64,000 bases of DNA, from positions 2,304,001-2,368,000 of the forward strand of contig JAXHMG010000003.1 in assembly GCA_034521595.1 (NCBI GenBank), written 5' to 3'. Positions 10,111-20,472 of this stretch are shown in pieces (the stretch's first letter is position 1; each line of letters opens with the position of its first letter). The notes under the pieces are model-generated. The model saw only the letters and a list, made by a program, of their open reading frames with translations. It did no database searches and had not been told where the DNA came from. The DNA comes from Gemmatimonadota bacterium. GTDB taxonomy: Bacteria; Gemmatimonadota; Gemmatimonadetes; Longimicrobiales; Gaopeijiaceae. Both the position numbers and the translations under genes were made by a program.

Positions 10111-12003
10111 TCAAGGCGGACTCGACTGCCATCGAACAAGAAACTTCCCGATACGCATCTGATCGGGGTACTCGGCGACGAGCGCAGCCACTAGGTCCGC
10201 AGGCATGGAGGAGAACTGAGCTCGTGTGTTGACGACAATCACGTTTACGTCGTGAGCCTTCAAGGAAGCGAGCGTTCGGTCCGTCCTGGAGTGATCGTCC
10301 TCGAAGATCTCGAAGAGGGACCGCGTCGGGTTCTCGAGGCCGGAGAGGAACGACACTTCGGGCGCGTCCGGAGCGGCGTACACGTACCGGCTGCGCGTTA
10401 GGTCACGTACCACCTCGACGAGGCGAGTGTACTCGGTGGCGTCGGAGATAGGGACCGAAATCCGACCCCGGGCAAGTGGGAGTCGCGTCTCCTCCAAGGG
10501 TGGGAGCGGCCCCAAGAGCGCGCCGCGGTTGGGCCCCCATACGAAGAACACCGCATACGCCAACGTCACCGCGGCCAGGACGGCGCGACGAGGCACGAGG
10601 GGGTGGAGTCGCGGGGTGTCGCGCGCGCTCAACCTGGCGAGGACGCCGCCCACGGCAAGGACCGCGAGGGGAGCTACGTACCCAAAGTATATGGGGACCG
10701 CGAATGGGTACCGGATAAGATGGATCAGGGCCAGAATCCAAAGCGTCGCCACGAGGGGCGGGTCATCTGGCACACTCCCCCTCCGGCCCCAGAAAGACGC
10801 CGTCGCACCGGCGGCCACCACCGTCGGCACGACCAGCAGCAGTGAATCGAAGACCGCGATGAATATCCGGACGTTCATGCGCAGCATCAGCACTGCGCTG
10901 CCGACCAGAACCGCCGTCGCGATGCCGGTCCTGTAGCGCCGCCCCACCGCCGCCCCGACGATCAGGAGGACGGTAGGTATGATGATCGTCCAGGTACGCG
11001 AAAGCGGCGGTACCGGCAAGGCAACTTCCGTGAATCGCTCGGCCGGCAGGACGACGACACCTCGGTAGAGATCGTCCAGCCCCCCCGACACGGCGTACCA
11101 TGCGAGGAAGGGCAACACAGCTGCCAACACCCCCGTGACGAGACAAGCCCAATTCGCCACCGTCCTCCGCAAAGCCGCCCGACCGTGCTCTACCTCACGC
11201 GACCGCCAGACCAGCGCGGCACCGAGGAGTGCACTCGGGAACACATAGCTGACCCAGGTGGCAAGGCCGATCTGCGACCGAACGAGCGCGGTCTCCATCA
11301 GAATCAGCAGGGCGACGACGAACGCGGCAGCCAGGGGGAAGGCTCGAAAGACGGAGGGGGACGAAGCAGATGCTCTCTCCGTTCCTCGGGTGCTCTCGTC
11401 ATGCAGGACGTAGAAAAGCGCGCCGGCCAGCAGATAGAGGCCGGTCACCTTGAACAAGATAGACAGTCCGGCAGCGATCCCTACCGCCAGGAGCCAACGA
11501 CTTCGACGATCATCGGTCCACCGGATGAGCGCCCAGAGGCCCCACGTGGCGAAGAACAGATTGTACCAGGAAGGCATGGCCGCAGGGTAATTCGGGGGGC
11601 CCGCCAGTAAGGCCACCATCGTGACCGCTGCCGCCGCCACCGGCGATCTCACCAACCGATGTGCGATGGACCAGACCGCCGGAAGCCACAGCGCCACCGC
11701 AACGAGCATCAACACACGGGGCGTAAGCAGGTGGACCCCCAGCACCTCCATGGCGGCTGCATGGACGTAGTCGAGGAGCCCCGTGTACATCCCGTCGAAG
11801 TCGCGGTGCGGGACCTCACCCTGAAGGACGCGCCAAGCGGCCTGCCCGAGCGTCCCTTCGTCGTGAGGGATCCATCGGCGGTCGAACAAGGTGACGTAGT
11901 AGAGCACACCTGCGCTCCACGTCCCGATCGCCCAGCGGAGCACTCGGCTTCTGTCCGCACACGATGTGTCGGCCTGTTGGCGCGATCCGGCGCGCGGCAT
12001 CAT
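10111..12003 (-). CDS. Polytopic membrane GT-C (ArnT/PMT-like) glycosyltransferase
   Basis: 'IPHDEG' acidic motif after the first TM, many TM helices, soluble C-terminal domain; start uncertain (12003 or 12087). Confidence 0.7.
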   Translation of the reverse strand: MMPRAGSRQQADTSCADRSRVLRWAIGTWSAGVLYYVTLFDRRWIPHDEGTLGQAAWRVLQGEVPHRDFDGMYTGLLDYVHAAAMEVLGVHLLTPRVLMLVAVALWLPAVWSIAHRLVRSPVAAAAVTMVALLAGPPNYPAAMPSWYNLFFATWGLWALIRWTDDRRSRWLLAVGIAAGLSILFKVTGLYLLAGALFYVLHDESTRGTERASASSPSVFRAFPLAAAFVVALLILMETALVRSQIGLATWVSYVFPSALLGAALVWRSREVEHGRAALRRTVANWACLVTGVLAAVLPFLAWYAVSGGLDDLYRGVVVLPAERFTEVALPVPPLSRTWTIIIPTVLLIVGAAVGRRYRTGIATAVLVGSAVLMLRMNVRIFIAVFDSLLLVVPTVVAAGATASFWGRRGSVPDDPPLVATLWILALIHLIRYPFAVPIYFGYVAPLAVLAVGGVLARLSARDTPRLHPLVPRRAVLAAVTLAYAVFFVWGPNRGALLGPLPPLEETRLPLARGRISVPISDATEYTRLVEVVRDLTRSRYVYAAPDAPEVSFLSGLENPTRSLFEIFEDDHSRTDRTLASLKAHDVNVIVVNTRAQFSSMPADLVAALVAEYPDQMRIGKFLVRWQSSPP

Positions 12004-12131
12004 ACTGGCCTCGGAACGAGCACGACCTCCGCCGGCGGGGAAGCGATCAGGGTCGGTGAGAAATCGACGATGGCCGGCAGCGTACATCGGACGCTTTCAA
12101 GGGGCAAGCATATCCGCAACGGACGAAGACC

Positions 12132-13151
12132 ATGACGTTGATGCACGAGACCCAGCCGCCTCGCGTTTCCGTGGCCATCCCCCTCTACGAAGAAGAAGAG
12201 GGGCTCCCCGAGCTCCTTCGTCGGCTGAGTGCGGTCGTGGACGGACTTCCCGGCGAAGGCCACGAAATGGTATTTGTGGACGACGGCAGCGGGGACCGGA
12301 CCCCCGAGCTGTTGAGGAGCGCCGCCGTTGCCGACCCTAGAATAACCGTCGTCTCGCTGTCGAGGAACTTCGGTCATCAAGCGGCCCTCTCGGCCGCCCT
12401 GGAGTTCGTGGAGGGTGACGTCGTCGTGCTCATGGACGGGGATCTGCAGGATGCGCCCGAAGCCATCCCCGCCATGCTCGAGCGCGTGAGAGACGGCTAC
12501 GACGTCGTCTATGCGAAGAGAGACCGGCGCAAGGAGCCCTGGTGGCTCCGCCTGTCGTACTTTACATACTATCGGCTCCTGTCGACGGTCTCCAATGTCG
12601 ACCTTCCGGTGGATGCAGGGGACTTCGCCGCATTCACGAGGCCGGTCCTGAACGCGATCCTCAGCGCCCCGGAACGACACCGGTACCTCAGGGGACTCCG
12701 TGCATGGGCAGGGTTCCGGCAAACGGGGATCCCCGTCGAACGCGACGCTCGCCACCACGGGCGGAGCAAGTACGGACTTCGAAAGCTTCTTCGGCTCGCG
12801 AGCGACGGAATCTTTTCGTTCTCCATCGTCCCGATCCGAGTTGCAGCGGCCCTCGGCGGACTCTCGATCCTCGCGACATCACTTTTCGCGCTCTACGCAC
12901 TCTGGGCGAAGATCTTCCTCGACCGTTCCCCTCAAGGCTTCACCGCACAAATCCTGGTGATCACGTTCGTGTCCGGGGTAAACCTGCTGTTCCTCGGAAT
13001 CATCGGCGAGTATGTCGGTCGGGTTTACGAGGAAACGAAGGCGCGCCCTCTGTACGTCGTCCGACGTGTGCAGCGCGGTGGCGACGAGGCAGCCCAGGCG
13101 CCGAAGTCCACTGGAATCGAGTCCGTTGTCCGGAGTTCAACGAATGGATGA
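12132..13151 (+). CDS. GT2 polyprenol-phosphate glycosyltransferase (GtrB/ArnC-like)
   Basis: 'VDDGSGD', 'LSRNFGHQ', 'MDGDLQD', two C-terminal TMs, 'IIGEYVGR', 'RPLYVV'. Confidence 0.92.
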   Translation: MTLMHETQPPRVSVAIPLYEEEEGLPELLRRLSAVVDGLPGEGHEMVFVDDGSGDRTPELLRSAAVADPRITVVSLSRNFGHQAALSAALEFVEGDVVVLMDGDLQDAPEAIPAMLERVRDGYDVVYAKRDRRKEPWWLRLSYFTYYRLLSTVSNVDLPVDAGDFAAFTRPVLNAILSAPERHRYLRGLRAWAGFRQTGIPVERDARHHGRSKYGLRKLLRLASDGIFSFSIVPIRVAAALGGLSILATSLFALYALWAKIFLDRSPQGFTAQILVITFVSGVNLLFLGIIGEYVGRVYEETKARPLYVVRRVQRGGDEAAQAPKSTGIESVVRSSTNG

Positions 13152-13938
13152 CGATGTAGCGCGGAACGAGGGGGCGGACAAGGAGGCGCCCGGCATGTTG
13201 GAAGCGGCGTACGCGGCCCGGTACGCCGATCTCTACGCCCGACACTGGTGGTGGCGAGCGCGTGAGGAAATCGTGGTGGACGAGGTCGGCCGGATCGCGG
13301 AGGCCTGGGATGGGGACCGAGCCATCCTGGACGTGGGATGCGGCGATGGACTCATCTTTCCGAGGTTGGCGCAGTTCGGAGACGTCGAGGGTGTGGAACC
13401 CGACAGCCGGCTCGTCACGGGCCGGTCCGACCATGTCATCCACACCGTGCCGTTCGAGGACTTCTCCCCGGCGAGGCGCTACTCCCTGATCCTCATGCTG
13501 GACGTCCTCGAGCACCTCGAGAACCCGATCGCCGCGTTACACCGGTGCCGCGAGCTCCTCGAACCGGATGGACGACTCGTCCTCACGGTACCCGCCTTCA
13601 AAGCTCTCTGGACGACGCATGACGACCTAAACCACCACTTCACCCGTTACCGAAAAAGGACGCTTCGGACCGTCATCGACACGGCGGGCCTCAACCTCGA
13701 TGACACCAGATACCTCTTCCATTGGGTCTTCATCGCGAAAGTCGGGGTGCGCCTCATCGAGACGTTCCGCAGAAAAAGCGCGTCGTTGCCGGCCGTACCG
13801 CGCGGACCTGCAAATCGTGCCCTGTATCGTTTGTGCAGATTAGAGGACCGGTTGTTGGGTCCTCTTCGCCTTCCATTCGGGAGCTCGTTATTGGCGAAGT
13901 GCTCGGTTGGGTCGACGCCCCCCCCACGAAGCGGATGA
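13144..13938 (+). CDS. Class I SAM-dependent methyltransferase
   Basis: 'ILDVGCGDG', 'LDVLEH', 'LTVPA', 'HHFTRY', 'PFGSS'; overlaps the GT2 stop. Confidence 0.88.
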   Translation: MDDDVARNEGADKEAPGMLEAAYAARYADLYARHWWWRAREEIVVDEVGRIAEAWDGDRAILDVGCGDGLIFPRLAQFGDVEGVEPDSRLVTGRSDHVIHTVPFEDFSPARRYSLILMLDVLEHLENPIAALHRCRELLEPDGRLVLTVPAFKALWTTHDDLNHHFTRYRKRTLRTVIDTAGLNLDDTRYLFHWVFIAKVGVRLIETFRRKSASLPAVPRGPANRALYRLCRLEDRLLGPLRLPFGSSLLAKCSVGSTPPPRSG

Positions 13939-13982
13939 AGCGATCGAGGGCTAGCACCTGATCCTCTCGGGGCTTCTGCTCC

Positions 13983-14582
13983 CTAAGCCCCCCGTCCCGC
14001 CAACGCCCTCCGGATCAAGGCGTCGGTGTCCTCGGGCACATCCTCGGCGAGGACGGCACGCACGGCCTGGTCGGCCTCGCCGAAGGTATAGCCCAAGGCG
14101 ACGAGCGCGTTCACGGCAGCCTGCGTCGCCGGGCGCCCGTCGGCGGCCGCACCTTCCGTCGGGGTGACGATCGTGAGGTCCTCCACTTTGTCCGAGAGCT
14201 CCAGCGCGATCTTCTCGGCCTTCTTCTTCCCCACCCCGCTCACCTGCTGGAGCGCCGTGACGTCCTTCTCCACGAGGGCCCGGGCGAGCCGCTCCACCGA
14301 GTACGTGGACATCATCGCGAGCGCGACCTTGGCGCCGACGCCGGACGCGCCCAAGAGGCGTTGAAAGAGGGTTCGCTCGGCGGCCTCACGGAAGCCGTAC
14401 AGGGCAGCCGACACGTCGGTCACGACCTGAACGGTGCGCAACGTCACCGAGCTCCCCACCTCGGGCAGGCTCTGGAAGACGGTCAACGGGATCTCGATCT
14501 CGTACCCGACTCCCCCCGAAGTCTCGATCTCGACGCGGTCCGGCTCCCGCGTGAGCAATGCCCCGCTCACCCGCGAGATCAT
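13983..14582 (-). CDS. ruvA: Holliday junction branch migration protein RuvA
   Basis: 'GGVGYEI', 'LYGF', HhH motifs 'SGVGAK' and 'SGVGKK', 'ALVALGY'. Confidence 0.96.
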   Translation of the reverse strand: MISRVSGALLTREPDRVEIETSGGVGYEIEIPLTVFQSLPEVGSSVTLRTVQVVTDVSAALYGFREAAERTLFQRLLGASGVGAKVALAMMSTYSVERLARALVEKDVTALQQVSGVGKKKAEKIALELSDKVEDLTIVTPTEGAAADGRPATQAAVNALVALGYTFGEADQAVRAVLAEDVPEDTDALIRRALAGRGA

Positions 14583-15091
14583 ATCCGCCCCACGGGGAAT
14601 GCCCCCATCAGACAGTGACACAGGGCGGCCGCCACCCCGTCCGCGGCATCGGCCGGACTCGGGGGATCTTTGAGGCGGAGCTGCGTCTTGACCATGAAGC
14701 CCACCTGATCCTTGGATGCGTTGCCGTGCCCGACCACGGCCTTCTTGATCTGCCGGGGTGCGTATTCCGCGACGGGAAGATCGCGCAGGGCGGCGGCCAG
14801 CAGAATGGCGCCACGGGCGTGTCCGAGCTTCAGCGCGCTCTGGGCATTCTTACCGTGGAAGACATCCTCGACCGACAGCACCTCGGGACGATGGCACTCG
14901 AGCAAAGCCACGATCTCGTCATGAATCTCGCGGATGCGCCGTGCCATGGGCTCTCCGGCCGACGTCCGGATCACGCCGCACTCCACGAGCCGGATCCGGC
15001 CCGGACCTTCCCGGGCGACCACGCCGTATCCGGTGGCGGCGGTACCCGGATCGACGCCGAGGACGATGACCTCGTCCGGGCCACGGTCCAC
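14579..15091 (-). CDS. ruvC: Crossover junction endodeoxyribonuclease RuvC
   Basis: 'LGVDPG', 'VEDVF', 'KKAVVGHGNASK', 'DAADG'. Confidence 0.96.
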   Translation of the reverse strand: MDRGPDEVIVLGVDPGTAATGYGVVAREGPGRIRLVECGVIRTSAGEPMARRIREIHDEIVALLECHRPEVLSVEDVFHGKNAQSALKLGHARGAILLAAALRDLPVAEYAPRQIKKAVVGHGNASKDQVGFMVKTQLRLKDPPSPADAADGVAAALCHCLMGAFPVGRI

Positions 15092-15095
15092 GACG

Positions 15096-15842
15096 CTACA
15101 TCGCTCCGGCGAGGACCGCTTCGTCGATGTCGGCGTTCGAATGCACCTTCTGGACGTCGTCGAGATCGTCGAGGTCCTCGAGGAGCTTCAAAAGCTTCTC
15201 CGCATCCTTTCCCTCGACGGGCACCTCGTTCGTCGCGATCCGCGTGAGCTCCGCGGAGCTCACTTCGACCCCGGCGTCCTTGATCCCTTCTTGCACCTGG
15301 GCGAAATCCGTGGGCTCCGCGGTGACGATGAACTCGTCTCCGTCGCGCTCGACATCCTCCGCGCCGGATTCGATCGCCGCTTCGAACACGGAATCTTCGT
15401 CGTATCGCTTGGCGTCGATGACGATCTGGCCCTTCCGGTCGAACTGCCACGCCACGGACCCGTCGGTGCCCAGGCTCCCCTCGTACTTGCCGAGCAGGTG
15501 ACGGACGTCCGCGACGCTGCGGTTGGTGTTGTCCGTGAGACACTCGATAAAGAGCGCCACGCCACCCGGGCCGTACCCTTCGTAGGTGACCTCCTCGTAG
15601 GCCACGCCCTCGAGGTCGCCGGTCCCCTTCTTGATGGCCCGGTCGATGTTCTCGGCCGGCATCGACGCGGCCTTGGCCGAATCGACGGCCAGCCTCAGGC
15701 GGGGATTGTACTCCGGATCACCACCCCCTTCCCGCGCCGCGACCGTGATCTCGCGGATGAACTTGGTGAATTGAGCGCCACGCTTCGCGTCGTTTACCGC
15801 CTTCTTGCGCTTGATCTTCGACCACTTGTTATGCCCTGCCAC
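15096..15842 (-). CDS. yebC: YebC/PmpR family protein
   Basis: '(M)AGHNKWSKIK', 'YEGYGPGG', 'TDNTNR', 'DDVQKVHSN'. Confidence 0.96.
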   Translation of the reverse strand: MAGHNKWSKIKRKKAVNDAKRGAQFTKFIREITVAAREGGGDPEYNPRLRLAVDSAKAASMPAENIDRAIKKGTGDLEGVAYEEVTYEGYGPGGVALFIECLTDNTNRSVADVRHLLGKYEGSLGTDGSVAWQFDRKGQIVIDAKRYDEDSVFEAAIESGAEDVERDGDEFIVTAEPTDFAQVQEGIKDAGVEVSSAELTRIATNEVPVEGKDAEKLLKLLEDLDDLDDVQKVHSNADIDEAVLAGAM

Positions 15843-15986
15843 GAACCCTCCGGATTCCTGCGTGACTTGTCGAGCGGAGGCCAGTCCGACGGACCGCTCC
15901 ACATCCGGCATACCCACGGCCGGGCTCGGCGTTCGGCCACGGCGCGCCCGCGTCGGCGGCGCCCCGCCGACATTCACCACGGGTCG

Positions 15987-17579
15987 TCAGGGCGCCGGCG
16001 TCAGCTCCGGGGCACGACGAGCCTGCATCTCCTGCTCGAGCGTGTAGGCGTACGAAAGCAGCTCCGACTCCGTCCACGTATCACCGATGAGCGCCAGAAC
16101 GAACGGAGTGCCATCGTCGTAATATCCGAACGGCACCGTCACGACCGGCACGCCCAGAGCGTTGATGATGTTGCTGGGAAGCTCCGCCCAGTTGTTCGGC
16201 TTGTAGTCCGGACGCTCCGGGTCTTCCACGAGCGGTCGGTTGGGCTCGCCGGACTGCGGGAAGAACAGCGCGTCTAGGTCGTTCTCGTCCAGGACCTGGC
16301 GGAACAGCGCTCGGATCTCGTGGCGCCATGCCTGATACGCGTCCCCTTCTTCCGTGGCGCTAGGACGCGCCGGGGGCACGAGCTCGCCGTCCCGGCGGGC
16401 ACGGTCGAGCGTCCGTCCGCTCAATGCTTCCCACTCCTCCACGGAGTCGAAGGGAGCTCCCGGCCCGAGACGCTTGAAATACGTATGGATGTCGTAGGCG
16501 GCCTGCGTGGATACCCGCGGGCTCTCTTCGTAGAGCTCCTTGAAGCCCGTGCCCTCGAACGGGTCCTCCACCGCCGTGCCACCCAGCCTCTCGAGGACGG
16601 CCACCGCCTCGCGATACATGGCTTCGGTCTTCTCGTGGAGCGGCAGGAAGTCGTCTCGCCACCCGGTGCCCACGAGACCGAAGCGCTTACCCCGGATCGC
16701 CCCCGGAACGAGACTCGCTTCGTATCCGCTTGCGGGAAGGTGCTCCGCGGCCGCATAGGTCGCGAGGTCCTCGGGCGTGGGCCCTGCGAGGACGTCGAGC
16801 GCCACGGCCGCGTCCCGCACCGTCCGAGCCAACGGCCCCACCACGTCCACGTAGGTGCCGCTCAACGGCACGATCCCGTCGAACGGCGTGAGCCCGTAGG
16901 TTGGCTTGATGCTCGCCAGCCCTTGAGCTCCAGCGGGGTTCTCGATGGATCCGCCGGTTTCCGTACCGAGCCCCAGAACGGCGAACGACCCGTTCACCGC
17001 CGTGGCCGTCCCCCCGCTCGATCCGCCCGGGACCTTGGTGACGTCGTACGGATTGAGCGTGACCCCCTCGACCGAGCTTTCCGTGCGAGTGCCGTGCCCG
17101 GCGAAATCGGGGAGGTTCGTCTTCCCGAGGATGACGGCACCGGCTTCACGCAGACGTTTCACGACCGTGGCATCCCGTTCGGGGATCATGTCCACGCCGC
17201 CCGCCGCGCTGCTGAAGCCGTCGAAGCCGGCGGTGGTCACCAGCCCACCGTAGTCGATGTTGTCCTTGATGACGACCGGGACTCCATGGAGCGGGCTTCT
17301 CGGGCCGGATCCGGCATACTCCACGTCGAGCGCTTGCGCGATCGCGAGCGCGTCGGGGTTCATCGAGATGAACGCGTTGTAGTGACTCTCATAGCGTTGG
17401 ATCCGTTCCAGGGAAGCACGCGTGAGGTCTTCGGCGGTGAACCGACCCTCTCGGAGTCCTTCCTCGATGTCGGCGACCGTGAGCTCGACCGGGTCGAGCT
17501 GGGCCCGAGCCGCGGTAGGGATCAGGACGAGGGTGAGGGCTACCCCCAGGAGCTGTCGTATCAGCGTGGCTCGGATCAT
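15987..17579 (-). CDS. Secreted amidase (amidase signature family)
   Basis: Sec signal peptide; 'KDN', 'GGSSGG', 'GTETGGSI' give an intact Lys-cisSer-Ser triad. Confidence 0.9.
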   Translation of the reverse strand: MIRATLIRQLLGVALTLVLIPTAARAQLDPVELTVADIEEGLREGRFTAEDLTRASLERIQRYESHYNAFISMNPDALAIAQALDVEYAGSGPRSPLHGVPVVIKDNIDYGGLVTTAGFDGFSSAAGGVDMIPERDATVVKRLREAGAVILGKTNLPDFAGHGTRTESSVEGVTLNPYDVTKVPGGSSGGTATAVNGSFAVLGLGTETGGSIENPAGAQGLASIKPTYGLTPFDGIVPLSGTYVDVVGPLARTVRDAAVALDVLAGPTPEDLATYAAAEHLPASGYEASLVPGAIRGKRFGLVGTGWRDDFLPLHEKTEAMYREAVAVLERLGGTAVEDPFEGTGFKELYEESPRVSTQAAYDIHTYFKRLGPGAPFDSVEEWEALSGRTLDRARRDGELVPPARPSATEEGDAYQAWRHEIRALFRQVLDENDLDALFFPQSGEPNRPLVEDPERPDYKPNNWAELPSNIINALGVPVVTVPFGYYDDGTPFVLALIGDTWTESELLSYAYTLEQEMQARRAPELTPAP

Positions 17580-19288
17580 CGGTCTCCGTCCAAGGATGTC
17601 ATGTTCGGGTGTCGTCGGTGCCAGCTTGTGGCGCGCTGAAAGGCGTGCGCCACGCCAAGGATCTTGTCGTCGGCGAACAGGCCACCGATCAGCATCGTGG
17701 TGAGCGGCATCTCCGTCGGACTGTCGTCACCGGGATTTCGGATCCCGAAGCCATACGGGACGACCACCGAAGGATGCCCGGTGGTGTTCGTCAAGCCGAT
17801 GTGCCCGGAGCCGCTCACGAACATATCGAAGCCGGTCATCACCCGCTGCATCTCCTTCATGAGCAGGTATCGGCGCCGTTGCGACTGTACGTACTCCACG
17901 GCCGTGACGTCACGCCCACGTGTGAAGCGGGTCCTGCGGCGGCGCTCGCGGTCGTCGAGGTCCTGCGGAAGGGGCTCCGGCTCCCCGTCGGGGGCAACGT
18001 GGAACTCGAACGCGGCCGCCCCCTCGACGGTGATCGCGTTGGACCGTCCCTCGGGTAGCTCGGGCATGCGGGTCAGGCTAGCGCCGAGGTCGGTGAGCTG
18101 GTCGAGGAACGCCTCGGGAGCGTCGTCGGCGTACCCGATCGTGTAGGTGGCCAGGTCGGGCCCTCGTTCGAACCGGAACGGCGTCGTCAAGGTGCTCGGA
18201 TCTTTCTCGTCGGCCCCGTGGATCGCGTGAAAGACGTGGGCGCAGTCCTCGATGCTCCGGCACAAGGGTCCCGGCTTGTCCATGCTCCAGGAAAGGACCA
18301 TCCCCCCGTACCGGCTGACCCGCCCGTGCGTCGGGCGCAAGGCGCTCAAGCCGGTCCGGCGGGCAGGAGACACGATCGATCCCTGCGTCTCGGTGCCGAT
18401 GGCGAAGCCGACGAGCCCCGCCGCCGTCGCGGATCCGGGGCCGGCCGAAGAGCCACTCGATCCCTCGTCGGGGTTCCACGGGTTCCGCGTGCGCCCGCGG
18501 AACCAGCGATCGCCTTGCGCGAACTCTCCGGTCGCGAGCTTCGCGATGAGCACCGCACCCGCTTCCCGAAGCCGAACCACGATCTCGGAATCGTAGTCGA
18601 GCACCTGATCCCGAAATGCTTCCGAGCCCCACGCCGTGCGCGAACCGGACACCGCGAAGAGATCCTTGATGCCGTACGGCACGCCGTGGAGAGGCCCGCG
18701 CCAGTGGCCGGCCCGGAGCTCGGCGTCGGCCTGTTGCGCCTCCTCACGCGCCCGTTCCTCGAGGATCTGGACCGCGCAAAGGAGGATCGGGTCGTAGCGC
18801 CGAAGGCGATCGAGGTACATGTCGGTGAGCTCGACCGAGGTGACGTGCCCCGCCCGGAGAAGCGCCCCCAACCGGTGAGCCGGCAGAAAAGCGATCTCCT
18901 CCTCGGATGACGGGACGGAGCCGGTCCACGGCTCGAGATCCACCGGCGTGCGCTGGAACGGGTTCCCGCCGTGCTCCTTCCACAGCTTCTCGAGCAGCGC
19001 ACCGGTGCCGCCCGGATACGCCTGGAACTGGAGCGCGGGAGGCTCGTGGTTGCCGAGCGCGGCCTCCTGAACCTCTTGCAACGCCCGGGCCGCCCCGGCC
19101 ATTCCACTCGCCAAGCCCGGGCTCGACCGAGCCGTGCCCGTGGCTCCGGACAAGCTCGCGGGTCCGAGCGCACCCGCGGCCGCCGCGGCGGCCGCGGCCT
19201 TCAGGAAATCCCGGCGATGGATCGGGGGCACGAGCTCGCTGTCGAGCTTTCCGCCGAAGGGTCGTGGCCCCGTCCTCTGGTCGTCCAT
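17576..19288 (-). CDS. Tat-exported amidase (amidase signature family)
   Basis: 'HRRDFLK' Tat motif; 'KDL', 'GSSGSSAG', 'GTETQGSI'. Confidence 0.9.
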   Translation of the reverse strand: MDDQRTGPRPFGGKLDSELVPPIHRRDFLKAAAAAAAAGALGPASLSGATGTARSSPGLASGMAGAARALQEVQEAALGNHEPPALQFQAYPGGTGALLEKLWKEHGGNPFQRTPVDLEPWTGSVPSSEEEIAFLPAHRLGALLRAGHVTSVELTDMYLDRLRRYDPILLCAVQILEERAREEAQQADAELRAGHWRGPLHGVPYGIKDLFAVSGSRTAWGSEAFRDQVLDYDSEIVVRLREAGAVLIAKLATGEFAQGDRWFRGRTRNPWNPDEGSSGSSAGPGSATAAGLVGFAIGTETQGSIVSPARRTGLSALRPTHGRVSRYGGMVLSWSMDKPGPLCRSIEDCAHVFHAIHGADEKDPSTLTTPFRFERGPDLATYTIGYADDAPEAFLDQLTDLGASLTRMPELPEGRSNAITVEGAAAFEFHVAPDGEPEPLPQDLDDRERRRRTRFTRGRDVTAVEYVQSQRRRYLLMKEMQRVMTGFDMFVSGSGHIGLTNTTGHPSVVVPYGFGIRNPGDDSPTEMPLTTMLIGGLFADDKILGVAHAFQRATSWHRRHPNMTSLDGDR

Positions 19289-19359
19289 CTCCTCGCCCCT
19301 TTCGATGACGTGATCGAAGCCGACAGGATGTGTCGCGCGCACCCGCGAGGCAAGCAGGC

Positions 19360-20472
19360 TCACAGGACGAGGACCGCCTCGGCGACCAACCCCGGCCCGA
19401 ACGCGAGCGCCACGCACGGGAGGGGCGCGTTTTCGCGCCGCAGCTTCTCGAGGATGAAGAAGATCGTGGCGGACGACATGTTCCCGTGCGCGGCCAGCAC
19501 CTCCCGAGCCGCCCGGTTCCGCTGCCGATCCAAGCCCAACGCGTCTTCGACCGCGCCGAGAATCCTGGGACCGCCCGGGTGGACGGCCCACGTCGCGATC
19601 CGGTCGAGGCCGGAGCCCGAAGCTTCGAGCCATCCGGCCAGCCAGGATCGCAGCTCCTCACCGATGACCTCGGGAACGCGCGGTGACAAGGTCATGCGAA
19701 ACCCGTGGTCTCCGATCCGCCACGTCATGTCCTCCTCGGAGTCGTCGAGCAGGACGGTGCCGGTCGCGGCGACACGCCAGCGCTGTACGGACGGCTCGGC
19801 CGCGAAGGTCGGGGCCTCCAAGCCCTCGCAAACCACCGCACCGGCCCCATCCGCGAACAGTGCGTTCGCGACCATGACCTCCGGATCCCATCCATAGCAG
19901 AAGTGGAGGCTGCAGAGCTCGACCGAGCACACGAGGGTCCGACCCGACGGCTCGCCCCCCGCGAATCCGTGCGCGACACGAAGTCCGTTGAGCGCTCCGT
20001 GACATCCCATGAACCCCACCTGGGTTCGGGTGACGTCACGCGGAAGCCCCAGCGTCCGGATCAATCCGTGGTCCACCCCGGGCGAGGTGAAGCCGGTACA
20101 CGAAACCGTGACCAGATTGGAGATCGCGCCGGCGGACACCCCGGCGTCCGTGAGCGCCCTCCTCGCAGCCCGGGCCGCGAGCTCCGGGGCCGTCCGCTCA
20201 TACATCGTCATCCGCCGGGCCGTGGAGGGACCCAGATCTCCCTCCTCCCGGACCGGCCGATAGAACCGTTGGCGGTCGCGGAGCTCGCCGTGTTCACGCT
20301 CGAGCAGAACGCTACCGCGACGCACCACTCCGGATCGTCGGTACAGGGCGCGGAGCGTCCGCGCATGCGCATCGTCGAGCCCGCCGAGCTCGGCGTGGAG
20401 CCGGGCCGTCTCCTCCTGCGGGGCATCGTATGGAGGCGTAGCGGTGCCGATTCCCGAAATGAGCATGCTCAT
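19360..20472 (-). CDS. Type III polyketide synthase
   Basis: Cys-His-Asn triad: 'FMGCHG', 'VHPGG', 'GNMSS'; also 'ELCSLH', 'ALFADG', 'AFGPG'. Confidence 0.95.
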   Translation of the reverse strand: MSMLISGIGTATPPYDAPQEETARLHAELGGLDDAHARTLRALYRRSGVVRRGSVLLEREHGELRDRQRFYRPVREEGDLGPSTARRMTMYERTAPELAARAARRALTDAGVSAGAISNLVTVSCTGFTSPGVDHGLIRTLGLPRDVTRTQVGFMGCHGALNGLRVAHGFAGGEPSGRTLVCSVELCSLHFCYGWDPEVMVANALFADGAGAVVCEGLEAPTFAAEPSVQRWRVAATGTVLLDDSEEDMTWRIGDHGFRMTLSPRVPEVIGEELRSWLAGWLEASGSGLDRIATWAVHPGGPRILGAVEDALGLDRQRNRAAREVLAAHGNMSSATIFFILEKLRRENAPLPCVALAFGPGLVAEAVLVL

